From positions 4,361 through 68,360 of the forward strand of contig DASRSZ010000051.1 of assembly GCA_035656195.1 (NCBI GenBank): 64,000 nt of DNA. The letters are read 5' to 3'. Both the position numbers and the translations under genes were made by a program. A model generated the notes under the pieces. It saw nothing but the letters and a program-made list of their open reading frames with translations, was not told the DNA's origin and did not search any database. This stretch comes from Candidatus Cybelea sp. (GTDB taxonomy: Bacteria > Vulcanimicrobiota > Vulcanimicrobiia > Vulcanimicrobiales > Vulcanimicrobiaceae). Below are positions 1 to 9,551 of the stretch, piece by piece (position 1 is the first letter of the stretch; each line of letters starts with the position of its first letter).

Positions 1-234
1 GTCATGCTTTACGGATCCGAGCTGCCGCGCGGCGTCCGCCGCATCGCGAGCCTCCTGCTCGCACTCCTCGCGACCGCGATCTGCTGGGCCCGCCTCGCGC
101 TGGGGGCCCATTATCTGACCGATCTCCTCGGCGGGGCATTGCTGGCAGTGGCAATCGTGTCGGCCACGTTGGCCTTCGTTCCGGTGAATCTCTTTGCGCC
201 CGTTGCGGGGCGGCTGTACAGCCCGGCAGAATAG
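1..234 (+). CDS. PAP2-family phosphatase, C-terminal fragment (gene begins upstream of the window)
   Basis: The frame is open from nt 1. 'ARLALGAHYLTDLLGG' fits PAP2 motif 3 (R-x5-H-x3-D) and is followed by a hydrophobic helix. Confidence 0.55.
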   Translation, partial: VMLYGSELPRGVRRIASLLLALLATAICWARLALGAHYLTDLLGGALLAVAIVSATLAFVPVNLFAPVAGRLYSPAE

Positions 235-241
235 ACGGCTA

Positions 242-1405
242 ATGGCGTTGGCTGACCCGGTGCTCGTGGAGATCGAGCGCAAGCTCGATGCGAGGGTGCC
301 GCTTTCGATGGAAGACGGGCTCGCGCTTTACCACACCTGGGATATCCACAACCTCGGGCGCATCGCGCGAAAAGAGAAGGAGCGTAAGAGCGGCAAGAGC
401 GTCTTCTACGTCCTGAATCGCTACATTAACTCGACCAATGTCTGCTTCGCGGGCTGCACGTTCTGCTCGTTCGCGGCCGATGAGTTCAAAGAGCCCGAGC
501 GCGTTTTTCGGATGACTGCCGAGCAAGTTTTTGCCAAAGCAGTCGAGACCGGAACGAATTTCAATCAAATCCATATCGTCGGCGGGCACGATCCGCGGCA
601 GCTCTCGCTGGACTACTGGTTGCCGCTGATGCGGCGCTTCAAAGCGGCCCTGCCGCACGTACAGTTGTCGCTTTTTACCGCCGCCGAACTCGAGTACATG
701 GCAAGACGCCACCGGCTCTCGTTTCCGGCGATGATTGCGATGTTAAGGGAAGCGGGCCTCGACAACGTCAACGGCGGCGCAGCGGAGATCTTCGCCGATG
801 GGACGCGTTCAAAGATTTGCCCAAACAAAGTTTCGACGGCGAACTGGCTGGAAATTCACGAAGAGCTTCACCGTCAAGGCATCGCCAGCAATGCGACGAT
901 GCTCTACGGCCACATCGAATCACTCGAAGACCGCGTCGATCATTTGATCCGGCTGCGTGAGTCGCAAGAACGCTCGCCCGGATACAACGCGTTTATCCCG
1001 CTGGCATTTCATCCCGACGGCAACGAGCTCTCGTACTGCGGTTGGACCACCGGCCTCGACGACATCCGAACCTTCGCGGTCGCGCGGCTGATGCTGAACA
1101 ACTTCGATCACATCAAGGCATACTGGATGATTCAAGGGCTGAAGGTATGTCAAGTCGCGCTCCACTTCGGCGCGGACGACATGGACGGCACGCACGGCTC
1201 GACCGACGAGGAGATGATCTACCATTCGGCTGGAACGAGTTCCGGCCAGTACGTCGACGACCGTGAGTTCCGGCGCTTGATCGAAGAAGCCGGCTATGTG
1301 CCCGTGCGCCGCAACTCAACCTACGAAACCTTCCCTTGGGACTGGACTCCCAATGTCATCCTGAGCGGTTCGGGCACCGTCGCGCTGAGCGAGAGCTTGT
1401 CCTGA
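242..1405 (+). CDS. mqnE: Radical-SAM menaquinone (futalosine pathway) enzyme of the MqnE/MqnC family, probably aminodeoxyfutalosine synthase
   Basis: 'NRYINSTNVCFAGCTFCSFAA' is a CxxxCxxC radical-SAM cluster in a CofH/Mqn-like context. The gene sits next to an MqnA-like gene and a second Mqn radical-SAM gene. I place the start at ATG 242 rather than 194, because 194 would overlap the PAP2 gene. The E-versus-C assignment is tentative. Confidence 0.6.
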   Translation: MALADPVLVEIERKLDARVPLSMEDGLALYHTWDIHNLGRIARKEKERKSGKSVFYVLNRYINSTNVCFAGCTFCSFAADEFKEPERVFRMTAEQVFAKAVETGTNFNQIHIVGGHDPRQLSLDYWLPLMRRFKAALPHVQLSLFTAAELEYMARRHRLSFPAMIAMLREAGLDNVNGGAAEIFADGTRSKICPNKVSTANWLEIHEELHRQGIASNATMLYGHIESLEDRVDHLIRLRESQERSPGYNAFIPLAFHPDGNELSYCGWTTGLDDIRTFAVARLMLNNFDHIKAYWMIQGLKVCQVALHFGADDMDGTHGSTDEEMIYHSAGTSSGQYVDDREFRRLIEEAGYVPVRRNSTYETFPWDWTPNVILSGSGTVALSESLS

Positions 1406-1440
1406 GCGAGCGTAGCGAGTCGAAGGGAAGCGTGACGAAG
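1351..1440. repeat. REP-like element copy 1 ('caatgtcatcctgagc ... cctgagcgag ... gagtcgaaggg')
   Basis: The same three blocks recur in the same order at 3398-3453. This copy overlaps the last ~18 codons of the 242..1405 ORF. Confidence 0.6.
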
Positions 1441-1442
1441 CG

Positions 1443-2279
1443 ATGACTTTGCGCTGCGGCCGGATCAAGTACACGAACGACCTGCCGGTGTATGCCGCAT
1501 TCGATGCGGGAGCAATCGAGTATCCCGGGACGCTGCACGCCGATGTGCCGTCCCGCTTGAACGCGATGCTGCTGCGCGGCCAGCTCGACATGAGTCCGAT
1601 TAGCGCATTTACGTGGGCGACCAACTGGCAAGAGCTCGTGCTGCTGCCCGACCTCTGCATCGGCGCGCGCGATGAAGTGATTTCCGTCGTCTTGGTTTCG
1701 CCGGTTCCGCCGGCACTGCTCGACGGTGGTCCGGTTTTCGTCAGCGAGGAATCAGCCAGCGGCCGGTACTTGCTGAGGATCATCCTCGAGCGGCGTTACG
1801 GCGTTCGTGCAGCATATGTGGATGAGCCGCGCCCGTTCAAGCGGGCCGTGACGGGTGAGCCGACCTTATTAATTGGAGATGCGGCGATTGATGCGATCGA
1901 GCGTTTCCCGGTCAACCTCGTGTACGATTTGGGAAAGCTGTGGCACGAGTGGAGCGGCCAGCAGACCGTTTTTGCAGTCTGGGCTGCGCGCCGCGATCTG
2001 TACGAACGCGATCCAGCCGCCGTCCACGAGTGCATGCATGCGCTGACCGATTCGTACACGTGGTCGCGCGCCCACGAGGGCCAGGTCGTTGCGCTCGCGC
2101 AACGCACGATATTGCGTCCACCGGGATTCTACGAGACCTATTACGGCAAGCTCAACTTCATGTTTCACGAAGCTGCGCGCAACGGACTGGCAGCGTACTG
2201 CCGAGAGCTCGTTGAAATCGGTGCGATAGCCGAGATTCCGTCGCCGCTCCAGGAGACTGCCGGTGCCGTCGCTCGCTAA
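1443..2279 (+). CDS. mqnA: MqnA/MqnD-family protein, probably chorismate dehydratase MqnA
   Basis: The N-terminus 'RCGRIKYTNDLPVYAAF...LNAMLLRGQLDMSPISA' resembles the MqnA 'G.I.YLN.LP' and 'GELD..PISS' signatures. It is flanked by two Mqn radical-SAM genes. Confidence 0.6.
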   Translation: MTLRCGRIKYTNDLPVYAAFDAGAIEYPGTLHADVPSRLNAMLLRGQLDMSPISAFTWATNWQELVLLPDLCIGARDEVISVVLVSPVPPALLDGGPVFVSEESASGRYLLRIILERRYGVRAAYVDEPRPFKRAVTGEPTLLIGDAAIDAIERFPVNLVYDLGKLWHEWSGQQTVFAVWAARRDLYERDPAAVHECMHALTDSYTWSRAHEGQVVALAQRTILRPPGFYETYYGKLNFMFHEAARNGLAAYCRELVEIGAIAEIPSPLQETAGAVAR

Positions 2280-3351
2280 CTTGCTCGATCGCGCGGCCTC
2301 GGGCGAACGTCTCGCGTTCGACGAAGGCCTCCGCCTCTACAACGAGGCCGACATCCACGAGCTCGGGGCGGCAGCCCACGCGCGCAGGATGTCGATGCAT
2401 CCGCGCGATGTCGTGACGTACGTTATCGATACCACCATCAACTACACCAACGTCTGCAACGTGCACTGCTCGTTCTGCGCGTTCTTCCGGCCCGAGCATC
2501 ACAAAGAAGGCTATACGATGTCGCACGACCAGGTGCTCAACCGCGTCAGGTATGCGGCCGACCAGGGCGCGACGCAGATCATGATCCAGGGCGGCGTCAA
2601 TCCGGAGCTGGGTATCGAATGGTTCGAAACGCTCTTCGATCGGGTTCGGCGTGAGTATCCGCACGCGGACCTCCATTCGCTCTCGGTTTCGGAGATCGTC
2701 GGACTAGCGCATATCGAAGGCATCTCAACGCGCGACGTGTTGATTCGGCTCAAAGACGCCGGCATGAAGTCGCTGCCCGGCGCCGGCGCGGAGATTCTGG
2801 TCGAGCGGGTGCGCAAGCGCATTTCCGCGCGCAAGGTGCAGCCGCATGAATGGCTCGGGGTGATGCGGGAAGCGCAGCAGCTCGGCATGCCAACGACCGC
2901 GACGATGATGTTCGGCTCGATTGAAACCGCTGCCGAGCGCATCGAGCACTTGCACGTGCTACGCGAGCTTCAGGACGATACCGGCGGCTTCACCGCCTTC
3001 ATTCCGTGGTACTACGTTCCGTACAAGACGCCGCTGCGCGGTAAAGAGGCGACTGGACTCGAGTACCTCCGCGTCCTCGCCATCTCGCGGCTCTACTTAG
3101 ACAACTTTGCGCATCTGCAGGCATCCTGGCTGACCCCGGGCTTGAAGCTTGGGCAGCTCGCGCTCTTCTACGGCTGCGACGACATGGGCGGTACGATCAT
3201 CGAAGAACGCGTTGTGCACGATGCCGGCAGTACTAATGAAGCGACGCGCCGTGACATCGAGAACATCGTCATCGGCGCCGGCTTCCGCCCCGTCATCCGC
3301 GACACATACTGGAATTTCCGCGACGACCTCACCCTCGCGACCGCGGTCTAG
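2263..3351 (+). CDS. mqnC: Radical-SAM cyclic dehypoxanthinyl futalosine synthase-like protein (MqnC/MqnE family)
   Basis: 'TYVIDTTINYTNVCNVHCSFCAFFR' is a radical-SAM motif in an Mqn/CofH context. The GTG start overlaps the upstream gene by 17 nt. Confidence 0.6.
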   Translation: MPSLANLLDRAASGERLAFDEGLRLYNEADIHELGAAAHARRMSMHPRDVVTYVIDTTINYTNVCNVHCSFCAFFRPEHHKEGYTMSHDQVLNRVRYAADQGATQIMIQGGVNPELGIEWFETLFDRVRREYPHADLHSLSVSEIVGLAHIEGISTRDVLIRLKDAGMKSLPGAGAEILVERVRKRISARKVQPHEWLGVMREAQQLGMPTTATMMFGSIETAAERIEHLHVLRELQDDTGGFTAFIPWYYVPYKTPLRGKEATGLEYLRVLAISRLYLDNFAHLQASWLTPGLKLGQLALFYGCDDMGGTIIEERVVHDAGSTNEATRRDIENIVIGAGFRPVIRDTYWNFRDDLTLATAV

Positions 3352-3376
3352 CTTCGCTGCGTCGTCGTGGCCTCCC

Positions 3377-3464
3377 GATGTCATCCTCGGCTCCCCCCAA
3401 TGTCATCCTGAGCCCTGAGCGAGGCTGAGGGAAGTCGAAGCCGAGTCGAAGGGCTCAGGACGAC
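3377..3464. repeat. REP-like element copy 2, with a degenerate half-copy at 3378, forming a 14-bp imperfect inverted repeat
   Basis: 'gtcatcctgagccc' (3402-3415) pairs with 'gggctcaggacgac' (3451-3464) at 13 of 14 positions. It lies between the convergent mqnC-like and mnmA genes, and the right arm overlaps the mnmA stop codon. Confidence 0.6.
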
Positions 3465-4534
3465 AGAGTTATAGTAGCCGCTGCTAGGACTTCGTCGGAA
3501 TTCGCATCGAGGAGCGCGACGAGCTGGCCGGGCGAAACGGCGCGCTGCGGCCGCTCGAAACGCAAGCGTAGCGTGGCATTTTCGCCGATGGTTGCAAATG
3601 CGTGCACCGGCGCGGCGCGATAGCGGATCATCGCACGAACCGGCGTTTCGGTGCTGTCAAAACGCTCCGGACGAATGAGGTTGAGCTCGTTGGCAACCAG
3701 CTCGCGGGATAACAACTCGTCTTCGCGGCCCACCACGATCGTATTCGTCGCCGCGTCGATGCGCGTTACGTAGCGAGGCCCGTCGTCGCCGGCGGGAAGA
3801 CGCGCGCGCTGCCCGACCGTGTAGTTCGCAATTCCGGAATGCTCGCCGATGCGCTCGCCGGTTGTTGCAACGACCGCTCCGGATTCATTGATCTGCGGCC
3901 GTATGCGTGTCAGCACGGTTCGATAGTCGCTGCCTTCGACGAAACAGATGTCCTGCGATTCGGTTTTGTCGTGTACGGGAAGACCCAAGCGCAGCGCGTG
4001 CGCGCGTGTCGTTGTCTTGTCGAACTCACCGAGCGGAAGCAGCAGACGGCTGAGTTGCGTCGGCGTCAGCTGCGCGAGCGCGTACGCCTGATCCTTTGCG
4101 TGCACGTTGCGAAACAGGTGCGGGCCATCCTCGCGGCGTTCGAGACGCGCGTAATGTCCCGTCGCGACGTACCGAGCGCCGAAGCGATCGGCGTACTGCA
4201 AGAGCGTTCCCAGCTTCACGAAATTGTTGCACGAAACGCACGGGTTGGGCGTGCGCCCGGCCGCGTACTCGTCAGCGAAATGCTCGATCACGTTCCGTCG
4301 AAATGATTCTTGAAAGTCGAGAACGTAATGCGGAATTCCAAGCATGGCGGCGCTGCGGCGAGCATCGTCGAAATCGTCGATGCCGCAACAGCTCTTCGCA
4401 TGCGCTGGTCGCGACGGCGCGTACATCTTCATCGTGATTCCCACGACGTCGTAACCATTTTCGAGCAAGAGGCCGGCGGCAGCGGCTGAATCGACACCGC
4501 CGCTCATTGCTGCAATTACGCGTTCCTTTGCCAT
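3455..4534 (-). CDS. mnmA: tRNA-specific 2-thiouridylase MnmA
   Basis: PP-loop '[12 protein letters not shown]' near the N-terminus, '[12 protein letters not shown]', 'NPCVSCN', and a length of 359 aa. Confidence 0.9.
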   Translation of the reverse strand: MAKERVIAAMSGGVDSAAAAGLLLENGYDVVGITMKMYAPSRPAHAKSCCGIDDFDDARRSAAMLGIPHYVLDFQESFRRNVIEHFADEYAAGRTPNPCVSCNNFVKLGTLLQYADRFGARYVATGHYARLERREDGPHLFRNVHAKDQAYALAQLTPTQLSRLLLPLGEFDKTTTRAHALRLGLPVHDKTESQDICFVEGSDYRTVLTRIRPQINESGAVVATTGERIGEHSGIANYTVGQRARLPAGDDGPRYVTRIDAATNTIVVGREDELLSRELVANELNLIRPERFDSTETPVRAMIRYRAAPVHAFATIGENATLRLRFERPQRAVSPGQLVALLDANSDEVLAAATITLSS

Positions 4535-4582
4535 CTGACTTGGAACAGGATAACACTACGACGAGGCTAACTCAAAGCCCAA

Positions 4583-5308
4583 ATGTCAGGTGCGTCTGAA
4601 GCGCTGGGTGAGCGGATTCGCGCGGCCCGCGAGGCGCGCGGCATGTCGCTCTCGCAAGTCGCCGACCAAATCCGAATTCGCGCCGTCTACCTGGCCGCAA
4701 TCGAGGATGAGAAGTGGAGCGCGATCGGCGTGCCGGTGTACGTGCGGGGCTTCCTGCGAACGTACGCACGCTTCCTCGGACTCGACCCCGAAGAGGCGGT
4801 CGCGGCGTTCAATCGGACGCTGCCCGCGGCCCCGCCCGCGCCGCAAGAAGCGTTGCCGCGGCGCGCAATGTCCTCAGGCTGGGCAAGTTCGCTCCTGCTT
4901 TGGATTGCCGGCAGCGTCGCGGTGCTGCTAATCGCCTTCGTCGTTTTTACCGAGCTGACGATGCCTCGCGGAACGCCGATCCCGACCGCGGCGGCGAGCG
5001 CCGCTCCAGCGCCTGCAACGGCTGTCCCGCCCCCGCCGGCACTCGCGACTCCCTCACCGCCGTCCGGCGTGGACGGCCCCAAATCGCTGGCGCTCGTCCT
5101 GTCGGCTCCGTCGTGGCTGCGCGTCACCGTTGACGGAAATGTTAGTATGGAAGGCACGTTTCCGGCCGGCACGTCGAAGACGTTCCATGGGCGCAGCGCC
5201 TTGGTGCGAATCGGCAACGCCGGCGGCGTCGAGATCTACGTCGACGGCAAAGACTTCGGAAAACTCGGCAAATCCGGCGACGTCGTCGATCGCGCATTTA
5301 CACTGTGA
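4583..5308 (+). CDS. RodZ-like cytoskeleton protein (XRE-type HTH, TM segment, DUF4115-like C-terminus)
   Basis: N-terminal HTH 'LGERIRAAREARGMSLSQVADQIRIRAVYLAAIE', a central TM segment with an Ala/Pro-rich linker, and a C-terminal 'LRVTVDG...VEIYVDG' beta domain. Confidence 0.6.
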   Translation: MSGASEALGERIRAAREARGMSLSQVADQIRIRAVYLAAIEDEKWSAIGVPVYVRGFLRTYARFLGLDPEEAVAAFNRTLPAAPPAPQEALPRRAMSSGWASSLLLWIAGSVAVLLIAFVVFTELTMPRGTPIPTAAASAAPAPATAVPPPPALATPSPPSGVDGPKSLALVLSAPSWLRVTVDGNVSMEGTFPAGTSKTFHGRSALVRIGNAGGVEIYVDGKDFGKLGKSGDVVDRAFTL

Positions 5309-5325
5309 AAGGATTAGGATAGCTT

Positions 5326-5817
5326 TTGGCGAGCGAATCTTCGTTCGACGTGGTCTCGCGCGTCGATCGTCAGGAACTCGACAACGCGCTCAACCAGGCG
5401 CGCAAGGAGATTGAAACCCGCTTCGATTTCAAACACAGCAAGACGAGCATCGACTTCGACGGCAAGAAGATCACGCTGATCTCCGACGACGAGCTGAAGA
5501 TGCGCAACGTGGTCGACATTTTCCAAACGAAAACCGTGCGGCGCGGGATCGATATCAAAGCCTTCGAGTTTAGCGCCGTCGAGCCGGCGGCCGGTGGAAC
5601 CGTCCGCCAAGTCGTGACGCTGCGCTCCGGCATTCCAAAGGAAAAGTCGAAGGCGCTGCTCGAGAAGATCAAATCGTTGCGGTTGAAAGTCAGCGCGCAG
5701 TATCAGGACGACCAGATCCGCGTTTCCGGCAAGAGCAAGGACGATTTGCAGAAAGTCATGGCGTCGCTCCGCTCGATGGAGTTCGAGCTGCCGCTGCAAT
5801 TCGTGAACTACCGGTAG
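5326..5817 (+). CDS. yajQ: YajQ-family nucleotide-binding protein (UPF0234)
   Basis: 'SFDVVSRVDRQELDNALNQARKEIETRFDFK' is the typical YajQ N-terminus, and the length is 163 aa. Confidence 0.85.
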   Translation: MASESSFDVVSRVDRQELDNALNQARKEIETRFDFKHSKTSIDFDGKKITLISDDELKMRNVVDIFQTKTVRRGIDIKAFEFSAVEPAAGGTVRQVVTLRSGIPKEKSKALLEKIKSLRLKVSAQYQDDQIRVSGKSKDDLQKVMASLRSMEFELPLQFVNYR

Positions 5818-5826
5818 CGATTCGGC

Positions 5827-7200
5827 GTGCGAAGCGTTGCATTCGTCAGCCTCGGCTGCGCGAAGAATCTCGTCGACACCGAGGTGATGATCGCCAAACT
5901 CGGCGGCGCCGGATGGCAGTTGGAGTCGGAGTCGAGCCGCGCGGATACGGTGGTGATCAACACATGCGCGTTCATCGATCCCGCGAAGGCCGAATCGACG
6001 CAGGTGATCCTCGACCACGCGGTGCGCAAACGTGCCGGACAACAGTTGATCGTGGCGGGCTGCCTGGCGCAGCGGTACGGCTCGCAGCTGCAGAGCCTGA
6101 TTCCCGAAATTGACGGCGTCGTCGGCACCGGCGCGTATGCAGGCATCGTCGAGCTCCTCGACGATGTCGAAGCGGGTCGCAAGCCGGTACGGCTCGATCT
6201 CCAGCCCGAACCGGAGCACGATTTTCTGCCACGCCTCGTTACGACGCCGCGCGCCACAGCCTATCTCAAGATCGCTGAAGGCTGCGATCATCCGTGCACG
6301 TTCTGTATCATCCCGGCGTTGCGCGGCCGATTCCGCAGCCGCAGCATGGACTCGATTTGCAACGAAGCGCACGCGTTAGTCCAAGGCGGCGCGAAAGAGC
6401 TGATCTTGATCGCACAAGACACCTCGATGTGGGGGCGCGATCGCGGGGTGCGCCGCGGCGGTCTCGCGCAACTTCTCGGGCGTCTGAACGAGATCGACGG
6501 TTTGGAATGGATTCGCTTGCTCTACCTCTATCCCGCCACCGTCGATCGCGAGCTCATCGACGCGATCGCACACCTTCCGAAAGTCTGCAAGTACATGGAC
6601 ATGCCGCTGCAGCACGCGCACCCGGAGGTGCTGCGCGCGATGCGGCGTCCGAGCAACGGCGAACGCTACCTCGAACTGATTGATGAATTCCGCGCGCGCG
6701 TGCCCGGCATCACCATGCGCTCGACGTTCATCGTCGGTTTTCCCGGCGAGCGTGAAGAGCACGTCGCATATCTCGAACAATGGATCGCGCGTGCGGAGCT
6801 CGATCGAGTCGGCTTCTTCGAATATAGCGCCGAGGAGGGCACGCCGGCGGCGACCCTTGGCGAGCGAGTCGGCATCCGCCGGCGGCGCAGCGCCCTAATT
6901 CGCCTGCGTGAAGCGCAGCGGTTGGCGTCGGAGCGCGCGCGCAGCAAACGGTGCGGCGCAACCGTGCGCGTGTTGGTCGAAGAGTTGCGCCGTTTGGGCG
7001 AACGCGATGAGCTGCGCGCCAAGCTGGGAAATTCCCGAGCATGGTTCGGCCGCTCCCAGGGTGAAGCGCCGGGTGTTGATGGTGGAGTCTATTTCACCGG
7101 CGAAGCCCGCGTGGGCGAGTTCGCGCATGTTCAATTGGAAGGGCATGGCCCGTTCGATTTCTTCGGTCGCGCCGTGCCGGCGGAGGATCGCGTCGCGTGA
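5827..7200 (+). CDS. rimO: Ribosomal protein S12 methylthiotransferase RimO
   Basis: 'VAFVSLGCAKNLVDTEVM' is an MTTase N-domain, 'EGCDHPCTFCIIP' is the radical-SAM motif, and a C-terminal TRAM-like region follows. GTG start. Confidence 0.85.
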   Translation: MRSVAFVSLGCAKNLVDTEVMIAKLGGAGWQLESESSRADTVVINTCAFIDPAKAESTQVILDHAVRKRAGQQLIVAGCLAQRYGSQLQSLIPEIDGVVGTGAYAGIVELLDDVEAGRKPVRLDLQPEPEHDFLPRLVTTPRATAYLKIAEGCDHPCTFCIIPALRGRFRSRSMDSICNEAHALVQGGAKELILIAQDTSMWGRDRGVRRGGLAQLLGRLNEIDGLEWIRLLYLYPATVDRELIDAIAHLPKVCKYMDMPLQHAHPEVLRAMRRPSNGERYLELIDEFRARVPGITMRSTFIVGFPGEREEHVAYLEQWIARAELDRVGFFEYSAEEGTPAATLGERVGIRRRRSALIRLREAQRLASERARSKRCGATVRVLVEELRRLGERDELRAKLGNSRAWFGRSQGEAPGVDGGVYFTGEARVGEFAHVQLEGHGPFDFFGRAVPAEDRVA

Positions 7201-8522
7201 GTAAGCGTGTCCTGACGACCGCTATGATCGCAGCACTAGGACTGATCTCGACGGTGCTGGGATACGCGGCATTCGAGCACCGCAATCCGGTCACGGCGAT
7301 TTCGCAGATCTTCGTCCCGTCGCCGCAGCAAGTTTTCGGCAAGTCGAACCTGCTCGTGCTCGTCGAAGGGCTCGATTACGATTACAACGCCAAGGACGAG
7401 GAGTACTCGACCGACTCGCGGAGCGACGTCATCTGGGCGGTCAACCTCGACTTTGCGAACAAGCGCGTCTACGAGCTGTCGATTCCGCGCGACATGATCG
7501 CTACGTTGCCGAACGGGAAGCAGGCCAAGATCAACGAGGCCCAAGCGGAAGGCGGTGTCAAGGAAGCCAAGACCGTCATCGCGGGCTGGCTCGGCATTCC
7601 CGGATTCGACCGCTACGCGATCCTGCGCATCAACGCGACGAAGGAATTCATCGCCGCGATCGGCGGCGTCGACGTCTATGTGAAATCATCGAACTGTTTG
7701 CGCTACAACCGGGGCTGCACCGGCGATACGCTCGACTACGACGATACGTGGGGCCACCTGCACATTCACTTGAAGGAAGGCATGCAGCACCTCGACGGCG
7801 AGCACGCCGTAGGGTACATGCGGTTTCGCGAGGACTGGTGCAGCGATCCGTGCCGCATCCTGCGACAGCAGCAAGTGCTGCGCGCGCTGATCGGCAGGCT
7901 CAAGGGCGACCGCGTGAACACCTTCCTGCACTTTGGCGACCTGCTCGCGGCGTTTCGGAGAAACGTTCAGACCGACTTCACCGATTCCGAGCTGCTTTCG
8001 ATCGCGACCCACTTCCAAGGAATGCCGAGCAACGCGATCGTGAGCAATCAGGTACCCTACACGACCGACATCGATCTGCCCGGCTATGGAGATTCGCTGG
8101 TTCCGGATACGAATGTGCGCGCGCAGTTAGTCGCCAAGATGCTCACCGCGCCGCCGTCGCCGATCGCCCCGCCCGATGCGGTGGCGCTCGCGGCGATCGC
8201 GCCGGCAACGTTGCGCGTCGACGTCCAGAACGGCAGCGGCGTCACCGGCGCCGCGCAACACGTCGCCGACCTACTGCGCCGGGCGGGCTTCACCATCGGC
8301 GAGATCAGCGATGCGGACCGCTCCAACTACGGCGCAACCGAGATTCACGAGCACTCGAACGTCACGTTTGCGGGCGCAAAAGTGCGAAGCGCATTGCCCG
8401 CGAATTTGCGCGAAGCGGTCGTCGTGCCCGATCCATTGCCGAGCAGTTCACCGGTCGAGACGGCGTCGTCGAATAGTGACGTCACGGTGATCGTCGGCAG
8501 CGACCTTGCTAAGAAATCCTAA
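7197..8522 (+). CDS. LytR-CpsA-Psr (LCP) family protein with a LytR_C-like C-terminal domain
   Basis: N-terminal TM segment, then 'RSDVIWAVNLD...SIPRDM...INEA' and 'GGVDVYV', followed by a C-terminal 'LRVDVQNGSGVTGAA' module. The GTG start overlaps the rimO stop (GTGA). Confidence 0.8.
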   Translation: MSKRVLTTAMIAALGLISTVLGYAAFEHRNPVTAISQIFVPSPQQVFGKSNLLVLVEGLDYDYNAKDEEYSTDSRSDVIWAVNLDFANKRVYELSIPRDMIATLPNGKQAKINEAQAEGGVKEAKTVIAGWLGIPGFDRYAILRINATKEFIAAIGGVDVYVKSSNCLRYNRGCTGDTLDYDDTWGHLHIHLKEGMQHLDGEHAVGYMRFREDWCSDPCRILRQQQVLRALIGRLKGDRVNTFLHFGDLLAAFRRNVQTDFTDSELLSIATHFQGMPSNAIVSNQVPYTTDIDLPGYGDSLVPDTNVRAQLVAKMLTAPPSPIAPPDAVALAAIAPATLRVDVQNGSGVTGAAQHVADLLRRAGFTIGEISDADRSNYGATEIHEHSNVTFAGAKVRSALPANLREAVVVPDPLPSSSPVETASSNSDVTVIVGSDLAKKS

Positions 8523-9324
8523 AATCGTCATCGGCATCCTTGCGGCGGTCGGAGTGATGTTCGGCGCGTGGCGCGCGGTCGTTCATCGTAGCAACGTACC
8601 ACCAGCGCTGGTGACGCCGAGTGCCAACGTCCGCCTCGAGTTTTCGGGTGATCCGATCGCGCGGCTCTACCGCGTAACGCACGAGCTTCCGAGCGAAGAC
8701 CGCTCCGGACGACCGCGCCTCATCGCCCTGACGTTTGATGATGGCCCCTACCCGGTCTACACGCCTATGCTGCTCGACGTGCTTCGCGAGCTCGGCGTGC
8801 CCGCCACGTTCTTCCTCATTGGTGCAGATGCGCAACAGTGGCCGGAGCTGACGCGGCGCATCGAATCGGACGGCAACGAGATCGCCGATCACACCTACAC
8901 ACATCCGAATCTCGATCAAGAGCCGGCCGATGCGGTGCGCAAGGAAATTCTCGAGGGGCGCGACGCGCTGTGGCCGCTGAGTCACGATCCGGCCGTGCGG
9001 ACGCTGATGCGTCCGCCGCACGGGCGCTATACCGAGAACACGCTGCGCGTCGCACAGGCGCTCGGGTACTCCGTCGTGCTTTGGACCGACGACAGTGGTG
9101 ACTGGCGCTCGCTGACGGTTGATCGATTGCAACGCCATCTGTTGGAGTATGCGACCGCGCCGGAGATCGTGCTGCTCCACAGCGGCAAACTCACCACGAT
9201 CGAAGCGCTGCCGTACGTGGTCGAGCGGTTCAAGCGAGCCGGATACCGATTCGTCACCGTAGGAGAGCTGCTGAAGCAGGTTCAGAGCGAGCAGCTCAAC
9301 CATCCCCTGCGGCGCGCGGTTTAG
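8506..9324 (+). CDS. Polysaccharide deacetylase (NodB homology domain), membrane anchored
   Basis: 'LTFDDGPYPVYTPMLLDVLRELGVPATFFLIG' and 'HTYTHPNL' are NodB motifs. There is an N-terminal TM segment. Confidence 0.8.
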   Translation: MLRNPKIVIGILAAVGVMFGAWRAVVHRSNVPPALVTPSANVRLEFSGDPIARLYRVTHELPSEDRSGRPRLIALTFDDGPYPVYTPMLLDVLRELGVPATFFLIGADAQQWPELTRRIESDGNEIADHTYTHPNLDQEPADAVRKEILEGRDALWPLSHDPAVRTLMRPPHGRYTENTLRVAQALGYSVVLWTDDSGDWRSLTVDRLQRHLLEYATAPEIVLLHSGKLTTIEALPYVVERFKRAGYRFVTVGELLKQVQSEQLNHPLRRAV

Positions 9325-9332
9325 GTGCGCTA

Positions 9333-9551
9333 GTGCCGCGTCAAATCATCGATACTGAGTCGAGCCGGCCGGCGTATCAGCGCCGGCGCCTCCGCCGCCT
9401 CATCGTGAGCCTGCTGCTGCTCGCGGTGCTGGTAATCGCCTGCTGGTTTCTGGCTCGTCGGGCGTGGGGCCAGGAAAGTCGCGTCTCTGGGGGAAGCGCA
9501 GTAGCGCTGTACTCGCCTCGACAGAAAGGGGTCCATGCTGCTGCCGCCTAG
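9333..9551 (+). CDS. Small hypothetical single-TM protein
   Basis: A 72-codon ORF with a basic stretch then the TM segment 'LIVSLLLLAVLVIACWFL'. It overlaps the next gene by 17 nt. No homology recognised. Confidence 0.3.
   Translation: MPRQIIDTESSRPAYQRRRLRRLIVSLLLLAVLVIACWFLARRAWGQESRVSGGSAVALYSPRQKGVHAAAA

Noticed and set aside
194-241. The upstream start (194) of the first radical-SAM ORF.
   Set aside because: It would overlap the PAP2 gene end by 41 nt and add an Arg-rich peptide. ATG 242 follows the PAP2 stop and begins 'MALADPVLVEIERKLD'.
5314-6372. A 352-codon minus-strand ORF spanning yajQ and the 5' part of rimO.
   Set aside because: It lies antisense to two genes with strong family signatures and crosses their intergenic gap. 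Its Arg/Ala/Leu-rich composition is typical of shadow ORFs in high-GC DNA.
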